Below are positions 42,113-51,987 of a stretch of DNA of 64,000 nucleotides, one piece after another. The stretch is from contig CM114271.1 in assembly GCA_050084515.1 (NCBI GenBank), positions 33,604,001 through 33,668,000 on the forward strand, given 5' to 3'. Position numbers and translations under genes: made by a program. The stretch comes from Blasia pusilla (Eukaryota). Within the stretch, counting starts at the first letter, position 1, and each line of letters starts with the position of its first letter. The notes below the pieces were generated by a model. The model saw only the letters and a program-made list of their open reading frames with translations. It ran no database searches and was not told the DNA's origin.

Positions 42113-42480
42113 GTGTATAGACCAGATAGAGTCTTGTTAGACTTTGGTACCCAACCTTTGATGTTGGGAAAGGCGGCATGTATTGGTTTGGGTATTTGGA
42201 GGTCAGAGCTTGAGCCTTGCCCATTCCAGATTCAAACATCACTTGGAGGAGCCAATGATAGGTCTCAATTCATGACACGGGAGAAGTTTTCTGTACAATT
42301 GAGACCGGATCATGCGACTAATAGCTCTCGGTTGGGAGTACCTACAATGGTCACATCAGTCGAGTTGTATGATGTACTAGTTGGAGGAGCAGTATTGTAC
42401 CCGATGGGTTTTCAGATGAACTATTGGACTGAGACAACGTCTTATAGACCTGGTTGGCAGTCGGGGGATGGACGTATGAG
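42113..42480 (+). pseudogene. Retroviral-type aspartic protease, degenerate
   Basis: RVLLDFGTQPLML (D-S/T-G site probably mutated to DFG) and C-terminal YDVLVGGAVL motif. Confidence 0.65.
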
Positions 42481-42868
42481 CAAGGTTCATGTGAGATTTA
42501 TTTATGGGGCTCGACCAAGAGGGTCTTCCCCAACGGTGGTAGCATTTGTGGCTGGTTTTAGTGGAGTAGTCACTTGGCCAGGAGACTTTTTGGAGGGTAA
42601 TCTTTCTGCTATGGATTCTCCTGTGCATGAGGAGGTAGAGGAGGTCCCTAGTTTTGCAACAGTGGCATCCTCATCGTTGGATGTGCCACTTTGGAGTTTA
42701 GGCGGTGCACTACGGCAAGAGGCTGATCGCCTAGAGCAGGAGGCTTGGTGTGAGGCTGTTATACCTCACGAGGAAGAGGAGGCCCCACACCGGACTCCTA
42801 CTTCTGGTCTAGTTGGGTTATCCCCTTTGGATACTACACCCATTGTATGGCAGTATCCGCCGGAGGGC

Positions 42869-43812
42869 ATTTGTGTGTTAGATCTCTTTGGTGGGATTAG
42901 CTCTGGTTTGGCTGCAGTGTTGCAAACCGGTATTCATGTGCGGAGATACGTGTATGTGGAGCGAGATGAGATGGCCCAGAGAGTCTCATCTCAACATATT
43001 GGTCAGTTGATGCGGAGATATCATAAGTTGTTGCCGCCATTAGCTATTCGTGGGTACTAGCGTGCTTTGCCGTCACACATTGCATTGTTGGGGGCGCAGG
43101 ACCTTGAGAGGGTTGGTCCTGTGGATTTGGTGATTGCTGGATGGCCATGTCAGGGTCATACACCTGCTGGTCGTGGTGAGGGATTACACGACCCTAGGTC
43201 TCGATTATTTTGGGAGATATTACGGGTGTTACGACATCTTCAGGTTCATCATGCACGTGCTCCAGCTTACATTCTGGAGAATATTCCATTGTTGGGTGAC
43301 ACTCGGACCCGGATGATGGCGAGTGTTCATGAGGTGCGGTCTTGGATTGGACCAGGGGTGTTGTTGGATGCAGCGCGAGTTGGCTCACGTGCACATCGTC
43401 CATGCTTGTGGTGGACAAACTTGTTGCCTAGGGAGGTTCTACGTCGAGCATATAATGCAGTGCAACGAGATCCTTGCCTTACAGTGGATAGTATCTTGGA
43501 TACTGGGAGACTTTCTTAGGTGGTGAGGGTTATTGATCGGTCATCCATGGTAGTGGTGAACCGTGTGGGCCAGCCTAGGATGGCACTACCCACATTTGTG
43601 AGTTTTTCCTCGTCACATGCCTATAGGGAAGGTGGTCCCGGGCTTGTATGGGATTCTCATGTGCGATAGTTGGTGGAGCCTAACGCTGATGAGAGAGAGC
43701 GTGGGATGGGATTTGCTATTGGTGTGACAGCGGTTGCTTCCATTTTTGAGGCTTCACGACGTCATGTGTTGGGTCAGGCCATGGACCTGAATTGTTTGAC
43801 TTGGATTTTGAG
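42869..43812 (+). pseudogene. DNMT3-like cytosine-5 DNA methyltransferase domain embedded in pol, with three in-frame TAG stops
   Basis: One reading frame holds motif I VLDLFGGI, II YVYVE, IV GPVDLVIAGWPCQG (catalytic PC at 43145-43150), V GLHDPRSRLFWE, VI YILENI, VIII LLDAARVGSRAHRPCLWWTNL, IX ERERGMGFAIGVT and X RRHVLGQAMD. Confidence 0.92.
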
Positions 43813-44067
43813 TCTTGGTATGGCCGAGCAGCGTCAACTTTGGACTATGTCTGTGGGTCATCCACCCCTTGTGATGAGCTCGATGGCTACTGGGACGGTA
43901 GAGGCATCGGTTGGGGCGAGGAGAATAGTATTTTGCATCCTTGGAGTAAATGGGATGTAATGGCTGGGCATGTGGATTTGGTTGCTTATGCTGGTGGAGG
44001 AGTTATTTTCTCAGATGATGGTGTAGCTAAGGGTGTACCATCTTGTGAGGGGGTTGCGTAGGAGCCA

Positions 44068-45545
44068 ATGGCGTCGTCCTCTCCCTCTACTGTGCTAGTG
44101 GAGGAGACTTGGGAGCCATTACTTGGGCCCAAGCTTATGGGAGGTGAGAAACGACGCTTGACACAGTTCCTACGTGCTTATAGGAGTTGTTTTGCCTTTA
44201 GTATGAAGGAGTTGGGTGCTTTGGTTGGACCCGGTATACGGATCGATTTGGCTAGTGATATGCCAATATTTCGTCATCCCTACCGATATTGTGATATGGA
44301 GAGGGACCTGATTCAGAGTAGGACATTGGACCTTTTGGAGGCTGGATTAGTGGAGTTGTCGCATGGAGAGTATGCATCAGCCACTCTCATGCCTGCTAAA
44401 AGGGATGTGCATGGCAACTACACGGATAGGCGAATGTGTGGAGATTACCGTCCTATCAATCGGCAAACCAAGGCCGATAGGTATGCAATGCCTACACTTG
44501 AGGAGATCTTTGATGTGGTGGGACAGGCAAAGATTTTCAGTACTTTGGATCTTCGGGCAGGATACCATGAGTTGCCGATTGGGGAGAGTGACAAGGCCAT
44601 GACAACATTTTGGGGTGTCAACTCTCATGGCAAGGATTGTTTCTACCAGTGGAAATTCTTACCCTTTGGATTGAAGAATGCACCTGCCGAGTTTCACAGA
44701 GTGATGGACAAGATCCTAGCAAGGTTGGATTTTGTTCGGTGTTACATTGATGATATCTTGGTGTTCACTAACACGGTGGAGGAGCATCAGATACATTTGT
44801 AGATTGTGTTTGAGCGGTTGAAAGCTTATGGTCTACGTTTGCATCCACGAAAGTGTAAGTTCTTCTATGAGGATGTTGAGTACTTGGGTCATGTGATCTA
44901 TCTAGGTGGTTTGGGAGTTCAGCAAGCAAAGGTGGAGGCTATTGCACTTATTCCACGTCCGGTAGATGTGAGTAGAGTTTTGGCTTTCATGGGATTGGCG
45001 AACTACTATCGGACGTATGTGAAGGGATTTAGTGCTATGGCAAAGCCTTTGAACCAATTGCTGAAATCAGATCAAGAGTGGCACTGGGTAGATGATCAGG
45101 AGAGAGCTTTTGTGGAGCTCAAGGCCCAGTTGGTGGCGGCGCCTATCTTGAGGAGACCTATCAGAGGGCGCCCATTTTAGTTACACACTGATTGGAGTAG
45201 GTTGGGACTTGGAGCGGTGTTGACACAACATGATGATGAGCACATGGAGTTTGTGGTGGTCTATGCAAGTTGTTCGGATAATGCAGCGGAGTCGCGCTAT
45301 AGTTCATATGAGGAGAGTGCTTGGCAGTAGTGTGGGCTGTGGCATACTTTAGGTGTTACTTGTTTGGCACACAGTTTACCCTTGTTACTGATCCCTAGCC
45401 GCTCAAGTGGTTGATGGAGTCTGACAAGCTTACAGGGAAGCTTGCACGGTGGGCTCTTATCTTACAAGAGTATGACCTCCAGTGATACATAGACCTGGAA
45501 TTGCCAACCTTGATGCTGATGGGTTGAGTAGGAACCCATGTACTA
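44068..45545 (+). pseudogene. pol: Ty3/gypsy reverse transcriptase and RNase H
   Basis: RMCGDYRPIN, FSTLDLRAGYHEL, LPFGLKNAPAEF, CYIDDILVF, KCKFFYEDVEYLGH, FMGLANYYR, LHTDWSRLGLGAVL, CLAVVWAV, FTLVTD, NLDADGLSR. Stops at 44800 and 45178 and a frameshift near 45313. Confidence 0.95.
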
Positions 45546-45903
45546 GCCAAGAGGATGCAACTAGGGCTAGATGGCATGGCAAGGTTGATGAGGAGATGGT
45601 GCCAGGTTGGCATGCATCCGCCTTTTTATGTTGGTTAGGGGTGGACTCTAGTATGGAGGACCACATGACATCTTACTCTAGTTAGAGGGTAGATGGCAGC
45701 CTTTAGATCCTAAGGTTGGAGATGGTGGTACGGATCAGCGTGATATTCATGATGATGCGTTGGTGTTGGAGTTCCTACGGACCAGTAGGGTGCCAAGCAT
45801 AGTGAGTGCCAAGGAGCGAGACCGTGTTCTTCAACGTGCTAAGAGGTATTGATTGGAGGGAACATATATTCTCCGTGTGTGGGAGGATGGTAGAGTATGA
45901 GTA

Positions 45904-47169
45904 GTGCCGCATTTGGTTCAGAGAGAGCGCTTTGTGCGACAAGCCCATGAGGAGTTGGGACATTTTGGGGTAAAGCGTACGTATAGCTTACTCCTTTGTC
46001 AATATTGGTGGCGTGGCATGCATACTCAGGTGCATCAGTTGGTGTCACGTTGTATGGTTTGTGACCGGGTGAGGGCATCATTCAATGCCCCTACACCACA
46101 GTTACACCCCTTGTCTATTATGGGGTTGGGTTACCGTTGGAGTGTGGACTTTACGGGACCGTCACCGTTGACTATACGACATCATCGATATGTGTTGGTG
46201 ATGGTGGAGCACTTCTCCAAGTGGATTGAGTTGGTGGCATTACCTGACAAGGCAAGTGAGGGAACGACATATGCGTTTCTTGGTAGAGTGCTTAGTCATT
46301 TTGGTGCACCAGCTGAAGTGCTGACCGACCAGGGTACAGAGTTTCAGGGTGAGTTTCAAGTCTTGTGTGACAAGGCGTTGATTGATCATCGGACCACGTC
46401 TCGAGATCATCCACAGGCGGATGGTTTGGCTGAGCGTGTGGTTCAGATGGTGAAGAGGGCATTGCGCAAGTATGGCCTACAGAAGGGGCATCTTGGAGAC
46501 TCGGATATTCAGTTGCCATGGTTAGCCATGGGGTATAGGTTCAATCGCCAAGCATCCTTGGCTTCCTTCTCACCTTATTTTCTGTTATACGGCCGAGATC
46601 CAGCCTTGCCAACAACAATTCTTTGGGAGTCTAGTAAGGTGGTGAACCTTGATGACCCAAAGATGTGGATGAGAGTGTGTTCTCAGCGGGTAGAGCTCTT
46701 TTGGAGAGTTATGCCAACAGCCTTTGAGAATCTTGCCATTGCTCAACACAAGGATACGTTGCGGTATGCAACCATTCGGGGTGGAGGTTATCGATCATTG
46801 ATTTGTAGGTTCCATGTGGGGGACTATGTCTATTTGCAGCAAATTGGACCGACAATGTTGGATGTGACGGCAGGCCGCACTATTTTACGAGTGCGCGAGG
46901 TGTTAGCTTCTGGAGTTCTCATGTTGGAGGGTCATGATGGAGTTGTTTGGAAGGATCATGTGCGTAATTGTGTGCCATATCATCTTCCAAATGTGGATGG
47001 TAGTGTTGACCCAAGCTTAGCCATGATACGTGCTAGCTTGAGGTCTGCTGGTAACGTAGCCCGTATGTTGGTGTATGATCGGTGTTCTAGGGGTTGGCAC
47101 ATGATGTGTTTGACTCCACGTATGGATGTTGTTCCTACTGGAAGGTGGGTTTGTCCTCGATGTACTTAG
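45904..47169 (+). pseudogene. DDE integrase (HHCC plus rve core) with C-terminal PHD finger
   Basis: HEELGHFG...CMVC; WSVDFTGP, VLTDQGTEF, HPQADGLAERVVQMVK; C-terminal MLVYDRCSRGWHMMCLTPRMDVVPTGRWVCPRC. Confidence 0.92.
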
Positions 47170-47329
47170 GAGAGGTAGATGACTTGATCTTTGCATGATA
47201 TGGATTACAGATAGGCGACTAACGATGGGGCAACCTAGCACCCGGCCTTCTGATTCGTGCACCCAAGAAGGTGTATAGCATGTAGTAGATGTATAGGGCT
47301 ACCTGGGAGTTAGAGGGACCTAATCGCCA

Positions 47330-47343
47330 GTTAGGGGGGCGAG
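47330..47343 (+). promoter_or_regulatory. Polypurine tract
   Basis: gttaggggggcgag directly abutting repeat B1 (agttgtggtac). Confidence 0.65.
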
Positions 47344-47923
47344 TTGTGGTACACTTGTGTTGGTGGATGCTCTCATCTATGTTATGTATGTATGTGAGTA
47401 TGGTATGCCAGCGATGTATGTTGTATGACGATGTGGATTCGCACGAGAGCTATCATGACCATACGGATTATGTCGTAGAGTATAGTGTGCTAGTAGAGGC
47501 CATACCTTATGTAGGGCCGTAGTGTCTAGGTAGAGATGCGGTTTTACATAGGATTGGGGATTACTCAGTTGAGGGTGACTTTTCGAGTGGGGCCTGCTCT
47601 TAGGTTGGAGGATATAGTATGGAGTGCACTCAAAGAACAATTAGTTCTTTGAGTTGAGCCTGTTGCGTTGGGAGCTAGCCTTGGTAGTGAGTAGAGCTCT
47701 TGGCTATGGTGGTTCCCGCAAGCTTCGACCTGGATTCTCCCATCGTGGAGTGGGTTTGGCTCGATTGTATGTGATTCTATGCGTGTTTTATGACAGTAGG
47801 TCTTTCACGGATTTCAAGTTGTGGTACACTTGTGTTTGTGGATGCTCTCATCTATGTTATGTATGTATGTGAGTATGGTATGTCAACGATGCATGTTGTA
47901 TGACGATATGGATTCGTACGACA
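47342..47923 (+). repeat. 3' repeat block B1(107 bp)-gc-A2(366 bp)-B2(107 bp)
   Basis: B1 47342-47448 and B2 47817-47923 are near-identical; A2 47451-47816 matches A1. Confidence 0.92.
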
Positions 47924-48870
47924 ACTCATTGATGATGAACATCATTACCTCTTCTATTGTACCTTTCACAACCACATTAGACTTGACTTCTAAGATCTCT
48001 TTGCTTACCTCACCCTCATGGTCTCCAAATTCATGGCTAGGCAGAATCACATTTAGATTGTAAAATTCTTAAATTGTTATGTGAATACTTGAGAAAATCA
48101 CTAGGCACAAAGGACCTCTGAAGTCCTTGCTGGTGCTTTGCTGGTTCTGTTCTCAAATTGCTGTTATTTTTGCCAAACTAAGTCCCATAGTCTTATGGGG
48201 TCCCTGTGGACAATTAATCTATTCATTCATTCATTTTCTCTTTCTTTCTTTCTTTCTTTGGAGGGATAGAAACATATGGGTCCTCTTTGAAGACTTTAGG
48301 AGGGCTCTTTAGTTCCTACCTAGTTAAAAAGAAGAGAGGAAAGGAGTCCATTTTTTATTTGATGTACGTATGGGGTCTCTCATGGAGAAATGGAGGAGGG
48401 GAGGGGAAGGTAAGACCTTGTCCATTTATTCCTCCTAAGAGTAAATTTACAAAAATTATAGAAACCTAGAATGCGTGGGTTGGTATAACAAAGAAATTAG
48501 GAAGGTTGAGTGATCCTTTTTTTTTTTCTCTCTTGAAAAGGGAGGTAATAAGTACGATGGATATCCTCTCTCTTGAGAGTGAGGCTTGAGAAGTTACCCT
48601 TGCCCTAATAAATGGTCATAAAAGTGGTAGTATTACATATCATGAGATCAAGATCAAAATTCTACATAGGATAAGATGACTTAAATCAAAATTCCTCAGT
48701 GTGGGAGAGAAGTTGATTAGAATACTAGACCTTGCCCACATAATGAAGACTCGGATGCACACGTTCCTTGAAATATCTTATCCTTGAATGCTCTTTGGCT
48801 CATACCATCTAGGGTATCTGCCAAGATTGATACGAATTTGTCACATCTTATTTTGAGGTAGGTATAGTTC

Positions 48871-49464
48871 TATCACGTCGACATCATAGAGAGTCATCAA
48901 ATTATTCGGGTGTAACTTCGTCTCAAGATGTTGGATGACGTTGGCGACATATCTGTTGTGTTGGGGACGTCCTTTATGGCGATTTCCCTATTTTGGTTTT
49001 AGTCCGTCACATGATCCGTTGACAAAGTGAACGGTCACCTGGTAACCTCTACATGCAATTTACCGTTGGTAGGGTTATTTTTGGGGGAAGAGTGTTTTCA
49101 CTCCTCCCAAGGGTATAAGAGTGAGAGAGATAGCTTCCTCAAGCCATCTTTCTCATGTTGAGCCTTAGGAGTGCCTCTTTTGCATAGACGTGTGGATGTG
49201 TAAGAGTTAGGGTGCTAGCGTCCGGATTCCCTCATAGTGGAGGGTGGATGTGGTTCGATATGCTGATGTAGATTCATGATTGGAGTTTTAGGCCGGGTCA
49301 ACCGATTTTACTACTCTGATTCTATTTTAGGGGTCTCGGCGTACATGCGTGAATATATTTCGTCTATGTGTGGATCTACCCGTGTGTTGGGGAAGATGGG
49401 TGTTGTGTGGTGTGTAGATGTTACCAGCAATGTGGGTTGTGTAACGATGTGTAAGCGCACGACA
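48871..49464 (+). mobile_element. Decayed solo terminal repeat (594 bp) related to A+B of the DNMT retroelement
   Basis: Starts TATCACG and ends ccagcaatgtgggttgtgtaacgatgtgtaagcgcacgaca, resembling the end of B. Has TATA, hairpin, gttgagcc and ggattc.c.cat.gtggag as in A. Flanks AGTTC/AATTC (4/5). Confidence 0.62.
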
Positions 49465-51564
49465 AATTCTTTCCGAGATTTTAAAAAGTTTCTACCGAGA
49501 GGAGAGAGACGAAATGGGAGGGACTCCCTCCCTTTTTGGAGGGATAGAAACATATTACCCCTCTCTCAAGACTAAAGGAGGGCCCATTAGTCCCTACGTA
49601 GTATGAAGGAGAGAGGAAAGGAGTCACGCTCTATGTTAATCCCATGGCATGACTTCTCGTGAGGGAGTGGGATAGAGATAGGGGCACAAGGACGGTAGGG
49701 GAAAGCTCTCTCCATTCATTCCTCAAAGACTAACACCAAGAAAAGAGGAGATAGAGGAGGAGTGGGCCCGCATAGAGGAAAGACGAAAATGGAACGACCC
49801 TTCATCCTACATAGGATAAGATGACTCTCTCTCCCCTCAAAGAGCCATGAAAAGTTCAGTCTTTTGGGAGGGCTTGAGACGTTATCTTTTACCCAATATA
49901 TGGCAAGATCAGAAAAATATTAGCAACATAACAAAGGCCACCTTTTCGTTCGAGGGTAGTCGATTGAGTATGGAGCATGCCCTCATAGTGAGGACTCCAT
50001 GGACATGCATGTTCCTTCAAATATCATGGGCATTGTGTGGCGGTCCAACACTAGCAGCCAACCTGACAAGAGACGAATCCGCATAATTTTCAAGAGGACT
50101 AGAAAAGACATAAAGCCTCAATGAAAAGGCGGTGATGGAAATCCCATAAGGAATAAGAAAAGGGGACAGAAAGAGTCAATTGAACTAAGACTACACCCCT
50201 AAAGAGATGAAAAAGAAATATTTTTTTTTGGATCAGGTTTGAGCCCTTCGTTCAATGACTCCAACGGACTCAAGTATGCCAAATTAGAGCACTTGAAGAG
50301 AATGATGCCCGGAAACAGAATTGACCCGTTGGCTGGACGGACGCATGCATTGGAGACGTAGGGTTTAGGACATGCTTTCCTAGGGTTAACAGGAGAAGTG
50401 AATCAAAAGAAGAAGACCTGGAAAAATACAGGAGTTTCAATCGAGCAGCTCCAATCCATCAAGAGATTAATTGTTGAGACGCGTAAACTTGGCCGTTGAG
50501 GTAAAGCCGTGAACCTGTTTCCTCAGTTCAGTGCTCGCTCTTGTCAAGCACTAGTGTTCAACCCGTGCTATGTATGTGCTGTACACGGAACAAATTCTGA
50601 TTAAAACAAGCTTTCTTGCACGTATTACAACCAAAATCTAAAAGATTTTGCCCCACTGTCATGTGCTTGCAAGAGGTGTTCGCATATCCAAGAAGTACAT
50701 AATGATGTAGATTCTCTTGACACCATTTTGAAATGCGTTCTTTCACAATGCACGAATCTTTAGTCGTGAGACTACACAGGGTCTTGAGATCGGCAGCTTA
50801 TTCGACGGTGGGCATGAGGCCAATCGAGTGAAATCGAGAAGGGAGAAGAAGTATATTCACTCACTCAGTGTCCACCTCGTCGACCTGTCGCCTTGTCACC
50901 ATGGACCTCGCACTTGGTAGGAAGGCGGTAGTGTCTGAGATGGACGTCAGAGAGGAGGAAGCGAACGAGAGTGCAACAGTTACATATGCGTCTTTACATG
51001 GACAACTATTAGATTAGAGAGATCATCATCTTCATTTTTGAAAAAAGTTGATAGAAGAATAATCGATTCGTCCTTACTTCTTGCTAAGGCGGTTTCGCTT
51101 CGCAAGGCGTCCTCTGCTTTTCCATGCGCACACCATGTGCGTTGCTTTAATACGTTACGCAACATTTACATTGATCCGTGTGGATTCCTATCCTTTTTAT
51201 CGGTGATAATCTCGCAACAGAACATCTGCCGCCGTCACCAGACGCTTCTCCTGTCCGACGAACTGTGCGCTCCTTTGAGGCGCTTTTCCGGCTCCTCAGA
51301 CAGACACGAAGAGCGGCTCGCCACCTGCAATTCTACCTTCCTACTAGCTTGACGAGTGTAGACATTACGCCGCGTACTCCTGCATAGGTTGGGGGAACAA
51401 GCGTTAGCTGCTATCGTCGTTTGAACGCGTGAAAGCCGATAAACTATGATGCTCCCGAACAGTATCCATCTGAAACCGATGCCGATGATGTCGGTAGACA
51501 GAATAACTGTCGGCATTGGCTGAAAACATAATTAATTTGTGGAGTGTGGGGAGATTCTAGCGTA

Positions 51565-51987
51565 TCAGGTGGTGTACACCATCACGGGCTTAGCGGGGAC
51601 AACAGACTGGACAGTAATCGTTGAAGGCAAGTCGATGCTTCCTCCCATCGCCAACGCGCCCATGCTCCCTTTGCTGGCGAAAGACATCATCGTGCACACA
51701 TAAGCATCCCGCAGGATCTCAAGCAATCTCACCAGAGTCAGGTGAGATGCGCCTTCGTGTTGGTTTACGACAACATTAGTCTGCTGTTTGAAGCTGACTA
51801 TTGTCGGAGGATCCGGTTTCAGATGCGACACGGACTCCGACCTCTCGTTCATGGGAAGATTCACAATGCCCTGGACTACATCGTCTTCGTCATCTCCATT
51901 GATCATCCGATGCCTCGAGACGAGCGGTCGTGGATGTTTGATTCCAGGAACGGAATCAAACATCCACGACCGCTGAGAGCCAGACAT
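51565..51987 (-). CDS. Possible small uncharacterised plant protein (140 aa or shorter)
   Basis: ATG-initiated ORF in non-repetitive DNA. LLEILRDAYVCTMMSFAS resembles the LRDAYVxxMxxxA motif I recall from small uncharacterised plant proteins; not verified, and the start codon is uncertain. Confidence 0.4.
   Translation of the reverse strand: MSGSQRSWMFDSVPGIKHPRPLVSRHRMINGDDEDDVVQGIVNLPMNERSESVSHLKPDPPTIVSFKQQTNVVVNQHEGASHLTLVRLLEILRDAYVCTMMSFASKGSMGALAMGGSIDLPSTITVQSVVPAKPVMVYTT

Larger units (their letters stand above)
38134..47923 (+). mobile_element. Decayed Ty3/gypsy-type retrotransposon (gag-PR-DNMT-RT-RNaseH-INT-PHD) with split direct repeats A...B-A-B
   Basis: Domain order PR-RT-RH-INT is Ty3/gypsy. 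Repeat A lies at 38134-38501 and 47451-47816; repeat B at 47342-47448 and 47817-47923. A PPT precedes B1. Flanks are GCTC/ACTC, an imperfect 4-bp TSD. Confidence 0.93.

Noticed and set aside
5520-43812. Three SAM-dependent methyltransferases (MMT, PMT, DNMT) in one window as a functional cluster
   Set aside because: They belong to unrelated families with different substrates, and the DNMT is retroelement cargo. There is no evidence of co-regulation, so this is most likely coincidence.
42869-43812. Host DRM/DNMT3 gene or a bacterial restriction-modification methylase from contamination
   Set aside because: The domain is intronless, in frame with the retroviral protease, lies between gag and RT inside the terminal repeats, and shares the element's mutation pattern. 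No restriction enzyme is nearby.
38121-47927. CAACTC (38121-38126 and 47922-47927) as a 6-bp TSD of the retroelement
   Set aside because: It leaves unexplained filler bases on the left and overlaps the CGACA terminus on the right. The imperfect 4-bp GCTC/ACTC fits the repeat boundaries better, but neither is certain.
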